Notes: a model not told the origin generated them from the sequence alone. Positions 1 to 13,441 are shown, numbered from the stretch's first letter. The stretch: 64,000 nucleotides of DNA from Stegostoma tigrinum (GCF_030684315.1 NC_081393.1:15619479-15683478); one strand, 5' to 3'. Translations and numbers: made by a program.

Positions 1-257
1 GGGAACTGAGATTCTGGAAATACGGGAACACACACCCACAACTGAAGGAGGGGACTCGAGAAAACGGCTCAAACTATAAAAACCAGACAAGCAATTAAGG
101 CCAATGAATCTGGAAACATCACGGCTTGGAAGCACCCTATCACGAGCCCCTGGACACTGCCATCAAAGCTGCTTCAAACCACTGTATCAGCTTGATAGAG
201 CTACCAGCCACTCTGACCATTTCAAATCCATCTGATCTCACCTTTCCACAGCTCTGG

Positions 258-354
258 TTATATGAGCTGGACTGCTCCACTGGCCACAAGGGGAGCAATG
301 GTCTTGTATCTCATTAAGTGTTGGGTCCCTTCTTCCAAATCAACAGTGTACTCC
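258..354 (-). CDS. GINS4: GINS4 (SLD5) last coding exon 7
   Basis: ctgcag|G GAG TAC ACT GTT GAT TTG GAA GAA GGG ACC CAA CAC TTA ATG...CAG CTC ATA TAA = EYTVDLEEGTQHLMRYKTIAPLVASGAVQLI*, matching the SLD5 C-terminus; 97 nt, phase fits the previous exon. Confidence 0.95.
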
Positions 355-1169
355 CTGCAGCCGAGGAAACAAAGAAATGTACAGAAGACTGAAGTGCACC
401 ACAACATATCCGCGACGCAGTCAAACCTTCCCCTTTACAGTCTGAGCCTGAGGATCAAACGGGAAGCTCAGTCGTCCTCCGCTAGTCTCCGGTGACTACA
501 CTTCCCTATCTCATTTGGACCTTCCCAAACATCTTGGTCAAGGTGGACAGCCGAGGGGGAAGAGACGGTGCAGTGAGAATGTAATCAGGAGGTCAGGCTG
601 TGTGGTCTGGGGAGACAGGTTTGAGTCCGGCCACGGGCAGCAGCTGGATTTTATCTTCACCGACCGGGGAACTGAAAGCTTGCCTCAGCAAGAGTGACTG
701 TGAAATTGCCAACTGATTGTTCTCAGAACGCCCCGACTTCACAACAGTTCTCTGGAGAAGCAAATCTTCCGTCCTCTCCCGGTCTGGCCTACATGGGGCT
801 TACTAAGTGCCCTGGGGCCATTCAGTTCAAATGAATGGACAGCAAATGACCTGTCCATGCTCTTCAGTTTCCACCTCTTGACCCTCACAGAGACAATCCA
901 CGAGAGCAAAACCAGAACCCCTTCGGGGCAGCAATAGCTGATGACCCTGTCACAGAAAACAATCTTCACACGCACCTAGGTCTGATTCACTGACAGGCCA
1001 TGCGAACAGCACATGGTGCATTTGACAGTTCCCCATGGTCTATTTTGGGAGGACAAACGAAACAAAGAGGTACAGGATGAACAGTCAGGCCCTCGGAGGG
1101 ACACAGGATCACAGTGAACTTCTTGCGCACGTCCACACGTCCTCGAAGGCAGCAGGACAGGTGGTGGAT

Positions 1170-1790
1170 GGGATACTTGTCTTTATCGGTCAAGCTGTCG
1201 AATACAAGAGCAGGGAAATTATCATGGAGCTGTACATGATGTTGTTGAGGCCACAGCTAGATGACTGGGTGCAGTTCTGGCCACAACACTGTTGGAAGAA
1301 CGGATTAGAGAAGAGATTCACCAGGATGTATCCTGGCCTGGGGAGCAATTCAACAACAAAGATAGACTGGAGAGGCTGGCATTGCTCTCCTCAGGGCAGA
1401 GAAGGCCGAGGGGGTGCCTGATCAAGGCGTACAAAGTTCCAAAGGGCATGGATAACGTATTTAGGGAAAAAAAATGTTCTGAACCTTAGTCGAGGGGTTA
1501 ATGAGGGAGGGCCATAGATCAGTGACAGGAAGTTGAATGGGGAGTTCTTTTTCATCCAGATAGTGGTGGGAATCTGGAACCCCCTGCTTGTGAAGGAGGG
1601 AGAGTCAAGATGTGTTATAACACAGAAAGAGATATTTAGAGGAGGACCTGATATGTCAGAGTGTACAGGGTTATGGGCCAAATAATGGGAAATGGGGTGA
1701 GAATAAATGTATGTTTGATGGGCTGGTGCAGACACAAATGGATTGCAAGGCCCCGTTCTATGTTGTAAAACTCTACGACTCAATGGGACA
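1170..1790 (+). mobile_element. CR1-type LINE 3' fragment
   Basis: EYKSRE..LY..L.RPQLD..VQFW.P..RFTRM.PGL pattern in ORF 1035..1421. Confidence 0.8.
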
Positions 1791-1953
1791 GTGCTTCCAG
1801 GAGACATCAAACACCGTTCAGCTGGTCAACCTGACATGGCGGATATTTCAGGTGCCAAGGCAGAAGAGCAGCAAGAGAGTACCACATATTGCCCACCTCA
1901 CCGCGAGCTGTAGACACAAGGTGACACATCAAGTGCTGCTCCCCACCTCTTAC

Positions 1954-2044
1954 CTCTGATCCTCAGTCTCTGGTTCCACCAGGATGTTTTCCTGCTTTTC
2001 CTTGACCCGCAGAAAGACAAAGGAATCCAGGTTGGGCTTGGGAA
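1954..2044 (-). CDS. GINS4: GINS4 coding exon 6
   Basis: cctcag|TT CCC AAG CCC AAC CTG...GAT CAG AG|gtaag = (V)PKPNLDSFVFLRVKEKQENILVEPETEDQ(R); 91 nt. Confidence 0.95.
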
Positions 2045-2657
2045 CTGAGGTGGCAAGGAGACAAACATGTCGGAATACAAGACAAACAAAAAGTAGCCAC
2101 GCTTACACAAAAGCTCGCCACTTCCCATTCCTTACAGTGTTAACCAAACAGGGCAGAAAGTGAAGCCTTCTGTATCAAACATGAGAAACACAAGCAGGGA
2201 AGGCCATTCAGTCCATCAAGCCCTGCTGGTCTGGGGCCTCAAGTCCACATTGCTACCCACTTCTCATAATCCATGAGGGACCAAAAATCTACCCAAGCCT
2301 TAAATGAACATAGTGACCCACAACCCTCCGGGACAGAGAATTCCCAAGGTCCCAGCCTCTGCCTCAGCAATCGGCCCCTTTATTCCGAGACCATGCCCTG
2401 GTTCTAGATTTCCCCAGCCCCCAGAAGAATTGTATCGCCTCCAAAGCAGATAGGATATCTCCTAACCCTGGGGATTTCTCCACAGGGATACACTTTCTGA
2501 AATGTAGAGACTGAAGCTCCAGTTGCTTCTCCTGCAGAGACCTCACCACTGGGGGATGGGAGAGGGGCAGAAAAATCAATCTCTTTCTCGTCTTTTCTCC
2601 TTAAAGGAGGAACCGTGTGGCTTCAGGGGCCACAGGGAAAGACAAAAAAGCACTCAC

Positions 2658-2746
2658 CAGCTTTCAGAAGGTCCAATGCTTGCAGGTTTGGAGGCATGTG
2701 TTTCAGGGCAAGGCTCTTGAGGTAGGTCTCACAGTTGGCCATGTAC
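2658..2746 (-). CDS. GINS4: GINS4 coding exon 5
   Basis: acag|G TAC ATG...AAA GCT G|gtgag = YMANCETYLKSLALKHMPPNLQALDLLKA (inside ORF 2623..2847); 89 nt. Confidence 0.95.
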
Positions 2747-3794
2747 CTGTGAAGGAGATCAGTGCTGCAGTTCAGGGAGGATGGAGTAGACTTCAACACT
2801 CCCGCTTGTGGTCCTGTTCCTCTCTCTGTAACCCAGTGCTGTGGCACCTTTGCAACCAGCGGCCTTAACTGTGTTGCAATCCTAACCTGCCTCTACTGCA
2901 GCGAACCACAGTCCACGTGCTGTTTCTCTGGCAAAGGAGCCTGCCCCCTCTCCCTGAGGCAGCATGTACTGCAGATGCTGGAGTCAGAGACAACACAGTG
3001 TGGAGCTGGAGGAACACAGATGGGCGGGGAGCAGGAAACTTTCCTGTTCCCCGGCCTGCTGTGTTCCTCCAGCTCCACACCGTCTTGTCTCCTCCCTCTC
3101 CCTGCACTTTTTTAAGCATGTTCAATTAGTCCCTTTTCCAGATAATTATCCCTTGACCTTTCAGAGGCTTTTATGGACCTGACTTCCAATCCATGACAAA
3201 ATTCCCACCTACCCTCCATTCAAAAAGTCGCATTTCTTTCCTGTTCAATTTCAGCGACAGGTTTAAAACATAAGCAGTAGGGCCCACTGACAGCATCAAA
3301 GCTCCCGATTTCAGCCACCTCAGGGATTCCCCAAGAGATACCATGGTAAAACAGCTGTCCTCACTCCATTCAATCAAAGCAAGCTCCCCACCAGTGGAAC
3401 CTCGAAAAGGCGTCTGGATTTTCAGCGATTCAGACTGAGAACAAAGGGGGATTTTTCTGTAGACAGCAGGGAGGGATCAGCATGTTCTGCCCAGAACGAG
3501 AGTCAATTGGGATTTTCTTGTTGTGAAGCAGGGAGCAGAGAGGGATCAGTACATTCCGATTGTTTAGCATCCATAGATCGGAAAAAAACAAACCCGAAAC
3601 CTTCAGAGCTGCTGAAAGCAGGGATTGCCTGGGGTTTGAATGAGAGGAGTGAGACTGAACTCCAAGGAACAGCAGGAAGGCGGTTGATTCAAAATCCAAT
3701 TCCCGACCATCGCTCCCTCACCCAATACAAACTGATCAACCTCAACATCGACAGCTCCCGGTCAAAGCCAGATTGAAATCCATAGTGCACTCAC

Positions 3795-3892
3795 TCTTTT
3801 GCAAAAGCATATTCTTGCGGAGACAAATAGGAAGGCTCTGCCTCGAGGCGGGATTTCTCTTTCTCCAGGATATGAGGGAAGAACTTCTCAAT
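3795..3892 (-). CDS. GINS4: GINS4 coding exon 4
   Basis: cttag|ATT GAG AAG TTC TTC CCT CAT...GCA AAA GA|gtgag = IEKFFPHILEKEKSRLEAEPSYLSPQEYAFAK(E); 98 nt. Confidence 0.95.
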
Positions 3893-4575
3893 CTAAGAAT
3901 TATAGAAAAAAAAACACAGCTTATGTCCTCTGGACAACTTAAAATTAGAAGCAAACTTTCAGGCAAAAGATCCAGTTCAGAACTGAGAGGCACTGGTCCT
4001 GGCTGCGCAATCTGATTAATTGTCCAGAGGCTTACACTGAAATCTCACGCAGCACTGGGGAGTCTTAAGTTGGGAGAATTAATTTATCCAAAATCGAACG
4101 CAGGTCTTGTTGGATTATGGTAACAGCAGATTCTGTCAGGGAAAGCCATCCTTATCTGGTCTGGACTACACTCCAGACTCATTGCAATATGGTGAACTCT
4201 TCAGAGGTGCCTGAAATGGCCATGTGAGCTGCTCAGCTGTACCAAACCGCTGCACTGTGGGCTGCCCCTACACTGCGTGGACTGCAATGTCCAGTTCATC
4301 ACCACCTTCTCTGGGGGCAAAGAGATATGAGCAAGAAATGTTGGCTCCACCATGCACATCCACACACACACATTTATATAAAAAACACACTAAAAACACC
4401 ATTCACCCCTCCCTCAAAGTGTACAGGAGAAGCACAGTGTTCATTGGGCGCACTAACCCCATCATATCCGGTCATGTCCCCAACTCACGTCCACAAGCCA
4501 AAGCCTTAATGGATTTTGAATGGACTCACAGAGCTCTCCTCCCTCCCATTTCGTGCTTTGGGGTGGATCGTGTAC

Positions 4576-4689
4576 CTTCTGCAAACGGGATCGCAAGTAG
4601 CTGCTGAGGACGTAGCGAATTCTCTCAGTCTCCATTCGGTGGGCGGTGACTTTCAGATCTCCCTTCCTCGCTCGCTGTAGGTTCTGTTC
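4576..4689 (-). CDS. GINS4: GINS4 coding exon 3
   Basis: EQNLQRARKGDLKVTAHRMETERIRYVLSSYLRSRLQK with the SLD5 signature ERIRYVLSSYLR; cag| acceptor, |gtac donor; 114 nt. Confidence 0.95.
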
Positions 4690-5309
4690 CTGCGAATAGG
4701 ATTGAAAGGTAGGTATGGTGAACCACCAGAACCCTCGGTTTAAGGCACATAAAGCCTGTCCTTCTACTTTGGCTAAAGGCAGCCAAAACAAAGAAGATCT
4801 AAACACTTGGGTCACGGCCTCAGTTTTGCAGATCTTCATAGTTGGGATATAATTTGGACACACAGGGTTAAAAATCCCAGTCTGTCCTGTTAATCCAGGT
4901 CAAATTACAGAGACAGCCTGGGTCTGCATGTGCTCCAGCTGCTTTGCACATATTCAAATTACTGTATTCGGTCTTCATTCACAATTCAGGAAAAACAATG
5001 TCTTACCCTGCACTGCGTTTCAATCCTCTCTGAGGTTTTCACTACATCTGTCAGTTTTTACAAATGGATCGTGGTCTTGGATGGGACTTGCCTCACTGAT
5101 TTTTTTAAAAAGGTGTCACAAGAGAGTTGTTACAGTCCTCTGCCATACAGCTGCTGTCACATTGAGAACACAACCAGCACCCGATTGTGTCATTCGGCCC
5201 ACTGTACTGACACTGGCTCTGTCGTGAAATTCTCCAGTTTTAGACTCAGGCTATGCTCTTTCACCTCAAGCCCTGCAGATTCCTTTCTCTGTTTAAGCAG
5301 GAGTGCAGA

Positions 5310-6225
5310 GAGAAATCTGAGAACTACAGACCTGTGAGCCTGACTTCAGCGGTAGCTAAGCTGCTGGTGGCGATTCTGAAAGGTAGGATTTACATCCATT
5401 TGGAGATGCAAGAAATGACTGGGGATAGTCAGCATGGTTTAATGCGAGGGAAACTGTGTCTCACTAATTTAAGTTTTTTGAGGAAGTAACTAAGAAGATT
5501 GATGATGGCAGAGCAGTAGATATTGTTTACTTGGACTTTAGTAAAGCCTTTGACAAGGTTTTGCATGATCAACTAATTGGAAAAGTTATATCACATGAGA
5601 TTCAGAGTGAGCTTGTCAATTGGAATCAAAATTGGCTTAATGTCAGGAGACAGAGTGGTGGTGGAGGGTTGTTTTTCAGACAGGGGGCCATGACCGGTGG
5701 TGTTCCACAGGGATCAGTACTGGGTCCACGTTTATTTGTCATTTATAGAAATGATTTTAAAGAGAATATAAAAGGCATCTTAAGTAAGTTTGTAGATGAC
5801 ACTAAAATTGGTGGTATAGTGAACAGTAAACAGGGTTATCCGAGATCACAAAGCAAGCTCGGTCAACTGGGCCAATGGGCTGAGGAATGGTAGATGGATT
5901 TTAACTTGGATAAATGCGAGGTATTGCACTTTTGGGCAGGACTTGTACAAATAATAGTAGGGCCTTGAGTAGTGTTGTAGGACAGAGGGATGCAGGTACA
6001 TAATTTTTCAAAGCTCGCGTCACATGTACACATGATGGTTAAGGTGTTTAGCACAGCTGACTTCATTGTTTATGGTCTCCCTGTTATAGGAAGGATGTTA
6101 TTGAGCTGGAGAGCGTTCAGAAGAGATTTCTCAGGATGTTGTCGGGAATGGAAGGTTTGAGTTATAAGGAGAAGCTGGATCGGCAAGGCCTTTTTTCACT
6201 GGAGCATAGGAGGTTGAGAGGTGAG
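5310..6225 (+). mobile_element. CR1-type LINE fragment
   Basis: ORFs 5253..5489 (NYRPVSLTS) and 5531..5893 (DFSKAFDKV, GVPQGSVLGP, FVDDTK). Confidence 0.9.
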
Positions 6226-6802
6226 CCATGACTGCAAAGTTGCGATTACCGTGAACCACTTTGCACTCAAAATGATTGGAACAAGGTCAGCCAGGTGGAC
6301 CTCACAGAATATGACCTAGCTGACAGACATATACAGGAGTTTTAGGCATTCTGCTCACTCTAGGAGCTGGCTCTGAGCTAACCGGCTCAGTGTCATATAC
6401 TATGCACGTGTAAATGAATGGTGACTTGGTGGTGGGATACTGGCCTTTGCGGAGTTAATTGCGTTATCCAGGACGTTGGGGAACTCTTGCTCCCCCTTGC
6501 TTTCACCATGTTGACATTGTAACCAGTCAGAATTGACATGCCAACTGATCAACTCCCTTTTCTCCCAAAAAAAGAAATCATTATGACTGTTTGAAACTCG
6601 GCATTCTGGCATACGTCCTGATGACTTGAGTAACTCAGCAAAAATCAATTTCTGCACTGCCAGGTAACTCCAGGACAGCAAATCGTTATCATCTCATTTG
6701 GCAGGGAAATCAGATTCTGGTCGTGCCCGTCAATCGCAAATTCAAAACTGCACCGAACAGGTGTCACCTCCTCTCCCCCAACGAAAAATACAAAACTGTT
6801 AC

Positions 6803-6889
6803 CATGTGATCCAGCTGTTCCATGACACACTCCACAATTTCAGCCTTATGTTCAAGAAGGTCAGGGGAAAATTTCTCATTCAGCCACGC
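6803..6889 (-). CDS. GINS4: GINS4 coding exon 2
   Basis: tacag|GCG TGG CTG AAT GAG AAA...CAC ATG|gtaac = AWLNEKFSPDLLEHKAEIVECVMEQLDHM; 87 nt. Confidence 0.95.
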
Positions 6890-7369
6890 CTGTATAGAGA
6901 TGAAAGACAGGCACGGACAGTAACTGTAAGAGGAGCAGACACAATCCCAAATTGAATATCACAGAGCGATCAAAACCTAGACTGCAGACAGATACAGTAT
7001 TATTGTTTTACATATCAGGTATATTGATTCAATTTATGATTGTCACATGTATTGAGATACAGCAAAAAATACTGGTTAATGGGAGTAACCGGACACATCA
7101 TAACTTCCATAAGTACATCAGGATAATCGAACATAATATAGTCCATGACCCCATTACTACCTCACTTTCTACACCCTCTGCAAAGTCTGAATGCGTGAAG
7201 ATAGCACACCACCAAACACTGGAATCAATGTGAGATGTACAATTAAGTCTAGGAATTCCTGAGATAAATCTGACAGAGAAAACTCTCAGCCTCTGCTGTG
7301 CAGGGACAGGGTGGTCTCAGGAACAAACCAACAACAAGTGTCTACCAGCGAAAGGGATGCGTTGAAAAC

Positions 7370-7920
7370 AAAATTCACAGGGTGTGGGTGTCACTGGCCG
7401 GGCCAGCATTTATTCACAGGCCTCGAGGTGGGTGTGAACCGCCTTGTTGAACCACTGGAGCCCATGGGGTGTAGGGGACGGTGCCCTCAGGGAGGGAGTT
7501 CCAGGGTTTCAGCGACACTGAAGGAACGGCCGATATGTTTCCCAAAGTCAGGGGGGAAATGAGGGGCTCAGAGGGTGAACCCGCTTGGGGGGCTGTTCCC
7601 ATGTACCTGCTGCCCCTTGTCCTTCTGGATGGAAGTGGGTGGTGGGTTTGGAAGGTGCTGCCTGAGGGGCCTCGGTGAGTTGCTGAGGTCCATCTCGTAG
7701 ACAGTACACACTGCTGTGACTCTGAGTGCTGGGGGTGGGGGAGTGGGATGGTTGAGGATGTGGCGCCAATCGAGTGGGGGGGGGGTTGCTCTGTCCCTGA
7801 TGGTGTTGAGCTTCTCGACTGTTGTTGGAGCTGCCCCCATCCGGGGCGAGTGGGGGGTATTCCATCGCCCTCCTGACTTGTCGATGGTGGGACAGGGTCT
7901 GCGGGGAGTCAGGAGGAAAA
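7370..7920 (-). mobile_element. LINE (L2/CR1-group) 3' fragment next to GINS4 exon 1
   Basis: Related in sequence to 36620-37040 plus 37520-37600 (+, split by a nested CR1) and 29040-29200; ORF 7568..7972 resembles an RT C-terminus. Confidence 0.65.
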
Positions 7921-7985
7921 GCCCGTGCTCAGTGTGGGATCTTACTGTGCAGCGACCAAGGCCTAACCCCACCTTCCCCCCTCAC

Positions 7986-8081
7986 CTCCTCCAGCTTTGC
8001 AATGAGCTGCGCCGGGGTCAGGATCTCCTCCTCTTCCTCGTCGTCAAGGCCCTCTCCACCCACCATCACCTCCACGGACAT
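7986..8081 (-). CDS. GINS4: GINS4 first coding exon
   Basis: gaccATG TCC GTG...CTG GAG GAG|gtgag = MSVEVMVGGEGLDDEEEEEILTPAQLIAKLEE; 96 nt; the seven exons sum to 672 nt = 223 aa + stop. Confidence 0.93.
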
Positions 8082-8084
8082 GGT

Positions 8085-8380
8085 CACTCACGCAGACCCG
8101 AGGCTTCAACTGCAAACTCCCGCCACGGCCGCGACGTTTGGCGTCATCGCGCACGGGACCCGCCCCCATCGTTTACGTCACCGCGCAGCCCGACGCCTCG
8201 TGGACCCGCCTCCTGACTGACATCCGGACACACGTCCCGAACGCGGTAACCTCACCGCACCGCGAGGACGCCCGCTTCGCCGAACGTCTGACGTCATCGC
8301 GCAGACAAGGCCGCGTCCCCCACGCCGAACCCCTGTGACCATTGGAATCGTCGCCATCTTTCTTCCAGGCGGATGTAGCT
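8085..8380 (-). promoter_or_regulatory. GINS4 CpG-island promoter
   Basis: CpG-dense block just upstream of the ATG; full CRE TGACGTCA 8289-8296, TTACGTCA 8173-8180, ATTGG (CCAAT) 8341-8345, YY1-type AAGATGGCG on minus 8352-8360. Confidence 0.7.
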
Positions 8381-8664
8381 GTCTGCAGCCTGACGAAGGG
8401 AAACTAGTCCAGCCCATCCCATTGCATTGTCCTTAAGTTTGTGTGTTGTTTTCCTTCGATTTGTTATCCCCCTGAACGTGACTGAATTGTGAATTTTTTT
8501 TAAAAAAACATAGAAAACTTAACTGTGTATCGACTTTTGTTTCTCTAAAACACTTCACGGTCATGCCGTGGGGGAGTGCAGGTTCAGATTTCTTTGGAGT
8601 GACAGGGAGACGGGGTAGTGAAGAAGGCGATGGTTCGCTTGTCTTTATCGGTCAGTGCATTGAG

Positions 8665-8844
8665 GAAAGGATAGACAAACAGGAGGCCAGAAGAACACAA
8701 CAAGCCAGGCCCTCAGTCCTGAAGAAGGGTAATATCGGAAATGTTGACTTCTCCTTTCGTCCAGCTGCTGCCTGGCTTGCTGTGTTCTTCCAGCCTCCTG
8801 TTTGTCCACCTTGGATTCCAGATTCTAGTTTTTTTGTCTCTAAC
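8665..8844. mobile_element. Short fold-back Penelope-derived insert nested in a CR1 fragment
   Basis: CATTGAG duplication at 8658-8664 and 8845-8851; inverted arms; degenerate CTGAAGA...GAAA core. Confidence 0.75.
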
Positions 8845-10169
8845 CATTGAGTATAGGACTGGGGGTGTCATGTTGCGGCTGTCCAGGACATTGGTTTGGC
8901 CACTTTTGGAACACTGCATTCAGTTCTGGTGTCTGTGCTGCAGCCAGTTGGACCGAAGGTTTTGTTTCCGTGCTGTACAGTTCTTCGGTTTTCTGATCAC
9001 AACCTGATTTTCTGTAACCCTTCACCCTGAAATCTTAGGACAGGGTGACAATGAGAACCTTATTCCTCAAGTGATCTTTCAGCCAGTGGATAACTTTGCT
9101 GCTCATTAAATTAGGTCAAATTTGACATTATTCAATAATGTATATGGAGAGTGAAGAGAATTTTAGCAGAAGGAGCAGGCTGCAAATTATTATCTGGAAT
9201 GTAGTGTCTCGAAGATAGAGAGAAGGTTCCTTTGATTCTTACAATGGCCATGAATGCAGGAACATATCCTCAATTGTGCCTAAGCGCAATCTCCTTCCTC
9301 AGTGTTTTAATACAGCTGTTTGCATTAAAACCTTACCCAAGTGGTTATGCATCATTCCTCACTGTGGAAAATGAATACGAGTACATTGCCCTTTGTTGCT
9401 ATTGGCCACAGGCAATGACAGATTAGATTAAGAAGTAGACTGTCTCTGGCACTATGCAAACAAAAAGGATCATTTCTGTAATAGTCACATTTACAGTTCA
9501 CCATTTCTCAGTGCTAACCTGTCCACTTTTCCTACAATAGTCAACATGAAACTTGGAAATAAACCACAGAAAAGTAAAATTCTGAAAATCCAGTCTTAAA
9601 CCCTTTCACAAATGACCTTTTGGCATTAAAAATTAACACATTCAAATATGGAATCTTGAATTATAATTGCTGTTGGAGACTTGCCAAATGCAAAACTGAA
9701 AAAATCTCCCATTTTTAATCTATTCCTTTTGCCTATGTTCATCCATCCTTAGTTAGGCAAAAGGGAGATTCTGAATGCAAATCAATATTGTTTGGGAACC
9801 ATTACAGTTAATTTTTATTTCGGTACTAGTGTATTACAAAGTGATAATTTCAGATAAAACCTTAGTATTATGGTCACGGATAAAGTGATTATAATGCTTG
9901 CTTGACCTTTAATGGCCAGCTGTCCAGTGCGTATGATCGATTTGCCAGACTCTTTTGTTAAGTACAGATTAAATGCTTATGTCTCTTTAGACACCACATC
10001 CTAGCTCACTGTCCTTAAATGCCACTCTATTTCAGCTTGGGCCTATCTTTGCAAGGTCAGAGAGGTGCTGTTCCCCCATGAAGGTCTGTCATCGAACGTC
10101 ATCTTCCCTGTGCATACCTTCCTGTCTCCATCAAGAATAGGTTTTGCAAGTGGTTTCCTTGTAGAATCC

Positions 10170-10437
10170 TTACTGTGTGGAAGCTGGCTGTTTGGCCCAT
10201 CAAGTCCGCAGGAAGAACATCCCACCCAGACCCCACCGTATCCCTGGCCTGTGCAGCCCTGGACACTACAACATGACCATTCCATATAACCTGCACATCA
10301 TTGGAGTGTGTGAAGGAAGTGGCAGAAACCCCATGCAGACACAGGAAGAACATATAAACTCCACGTAAAGGGTGGATTCGAACCTGGGTCCCTGGCACTG
10401 TCAGGCAGCAATACTAACCACTGAGCCACTGTGCCGC
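10170..10437 (-). mobile_element. tRNA-derived SINE (HE1-like)
   Basis: Minus strand begins GCGGCACAGTGGCTCAGTGGTTAG (A box)...GGTTCGAATCC (B box), then the central TGCATGGGGTTTC domain and a CR1-like tail. Confidence 0.8.
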
Positions 10438-12734
10438 TCCTGAGTCAGCTTCTCCGGTTCTTGAGTAGATTTGTAGCTCAGGTTGTGAATGCTGTGGTTC
10501 GTTCACTCGCTGAGCTGCTTCATTACTTAGCAGATGTTTCATTACCCTAAGCAGCAGACAGATTTAAGGTGATCGAAGATCCTGTAGCTCAAGCATTTTC
10601 AACAACTATAGGTCTCATTTTTTCCCTTAGCTCTACTTTCAAGATCCTTGCTTTCGTTTTCAATCCCTCTTGAGTCAGTAGTTGAGGAAACCCTGCTTAG
10701 TCTGGTGCATCTGCCACTAAATCCATCCCCTTCCACTTCCGAGACTTCAAGCACAGCCTGTCCAACGATCCATTTTGGAAACTAATTCTTCACCTGCTAT
10801 CACTATTTTTTTTAAACAAGTAATTAGACTGGAGCTGCAGATGAACAGCTAAAAACTGTTTCGAGACAGTCAGAACTGCCGATGCTGGAGTCTGAGATAA
10901 CACAATGTGGAACTGGATGAACACAGCAGGCCAGGCAGCATCGGAGGAGCAGGCAAGCTGACATTTCAGGTCAAGGTCCTTCTGCAGAAATGAAGGGCTG
11001 AAAACTGTTGATGTATCTGTTTACGGGATGTCTTCTAAATGCATAGAGAAGGGTTGAGAGTCAACTATATTGCTGCAAGTCCGGAGTCACACGTCAGCCA
11101 GACTGGGTAAGGATGGCAGTTTCCTTCCTTAAAGGACATCAGTGAACATGATGAGTTTTTGTTCATCATCAACGGACAATGGTTTGACTTGATTTATTGT
11201 TGTCACATGTACCTAAGCACAGTAAAAAGTTTTGTTTGCGAGCAGTAGGGGCAGATCGTAACATACAGACCACAGGGTGTTCAAACAAAGCATGGCATAC
11301 AGGGTTACAGCTGTATAGGAGTGCACCGAAACACATTAGATTTGAAATTGGGGAGGTCCATTCAGCAGTCTAATAACAGCAGGGAAGAAGCTGTTCTAGA
11401 ACCTGTTGGCATGCGTGTTTAAGCTTCTGTATCTTCTGCCTGACAGAAGAGATTGGAAGAGAGTAGAACTGGGGTTGGGATGTGGCGGGGGGCAGGGGGG
11501 TCTTCAATAACATCAGCTGCCTTTCCACAGCAATGAGAAATGTGGATGGGAGTCCATGGGTAGAAGGTTGGCTTCTGTGATGGTCTGGGCTTGCACACCA
11601 CCTTCTGGTGTTTCTTATGGTCCTGGACGGAGCAGTTCCCATTACCAGGCTGTTATGCACCCGGACAGTGTGCTTTCAATGGTGCATCTGTGAATGTTGG
11701 TGAGGGTCCTCACGGACATGCTGAATTTCCTGAGCTGCCCGAGGAAGACGAGGTGCTGTTTTGCTTTCTTGACTGTCGCCTCTATGTGGGAAGTTCAGGA
11801 CAAATTGTTGGTTATCAACGTTCGACATTAGATTAGATCTTCAGTCCAGCTTCTGTAACTGAACTAACATATCACTAGCTGCCATAGTCGGATTTGATCC
11901 CTTGTCCCCAGAGCATTCGTTTGGAGGGTCTGGATTGCAAAGACATTACCACTGTTCTTCTTTAAACAAATTACAGAATGCAGCCAGAATGTTTTGAACA
12001 TAATTTGTCCAGATGCCCCACAGTGGTCAGATCACTACAAACACAAGCCAGTACCAAAGGAAAACAACCCCACTTTATTCGGAACGAAACTGCAATCAGC
12101 TTTAATGCTAAACATACTCTCTTTTATCCCATTTGGCCCCTTAATGTTACAACACTTTTTTGGGGATGTCTCTGTCCAGGATCACTGTTGCCTTTTACAT
12201 TCGGCTCACGTCATCAGCACCAGGCTGCTGTGTTTGCCGTGTCCTCGTGATTTCAGAGTTTCACTTGGCCAATGCACTCAGCATCCATTGCTGTTTGACC
12301 AAGTTAGCAATTTATCAGCAGCCTCCTGGCCTGCTAAAAACACAATCTAATCCAAAAACAGCAGAGGGGAGAACAACCAGCCCCTTCCCTGGCACGCATC
12401 GAGACTAAGATCTTGGATCTTGACCGTCGGGGACACCAACCTCTGACCACCGACACACCTGCACACCACGTCCCCAGAGATCACAGGGGTCTCAGGCTGA
12501 AGTTCAAGCTGAGGAACAACAGCAGGTTTTATATGAAATACTAAGCAGGGAGTGCAACCACAAACCTTGTTTTAGACTGTGAAATATCAGGTGTAAGTGA
12601 AAAAGAGGCCTGATCCTTCCCAGATCATGTTATTAAAGTCATTCACCCCCTCCACATTGACCAAACCCACCCCCAAGGGCTAAATGAGGACACTTACAGG
12701 AGTAAGCACTTAACATATTTTTTTAAAAAAAGTC

Positions 12735-12740
12735 TTTATT
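12735..12740 (-). terminator. Probable CHMP7 polyadenylation signal
   Basis: AATAAA on minus strand ~700 nt after the CHMP7 stop, followed by T-rich sequence; TGTA motifs upstream. Confidence 0.6.
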
Positions 12741-13441
12741 TCTATTTGAAAAAGTACATGAATATTGTACAATGTCAAGTTCTTGAACAAAACACATTCA
12801 ATGCAAACAGACGATCACAAGAGCACGTGTCACGATGACTTCAGACAAGCAGCAGGTTTAGAAGGATGGGGTGGAGAGGGAAGTGGGTCCTTCCTGGGAT
12901 GTTCTCCGCGGGGTTCAGTGTCTACGCTACTCAAGACAAAGACAAACAACAAGCCACATAAATACCGCTCAGTGCAGTCTCGGTCCTGCCCAGATAATGC
13001 TCTCTGACGCTCAGAGCTGACAACGTTCCCCCATCTTCCGGCTCAGCACTGGCTCTTTCTGGGCCTGCCATTCACGGGGGTCACACACTCACTGAGTCTC
13101 TCCAAAGGAGCTCAGAACTGCCACCTTCTGGTTACAACTGGCTCTTTCCGATGGCAAATATCAGAGAGTCCCACCGGGACAGGGCGATTCTTCATCCTGA
13201 AGGAGCCAGGACTGAAGCTTCTTACCCACCAACTTTCTTCAAAAGTTAAAAAAAAATCACTCCGTACTGTCCTCCCAAAGTTAAAAAAACAAGATACAGA
13301 ATTCTCCAAGATCACCTGTTTCCCAGATCCCAAACATATCGAGGGCGCAGTGTGTTCTTGACGGTGACCTCCCCTTGTCTTGCCCCCACAAGCTGAGGGA
13401 GAGAGATTCGATGGTGCTCACCACTCGCTCAGTGCAGGCTC

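Noticed and set aside
8389-8406. CTGACGAAGGGAAAC as a hammerhead core near the GINS4 promoter
   Set aside because: No room for stem II between the boxes and no PLE homology around it; chance match
10360-10437. tRNA gene (also ~44040-44112)
   Set aside because: A and B boxes are present but continue into a SINE body and LINE-like tail, so these are SINE heads
13393-13421. GTGAGC...CCCTCAG mini-intron in the CHMP7 3' UTR
   Set aside because: Only 29 nt, too short for a spliceosomal intron; the donor might pair with a farther acceptor but none can be supported
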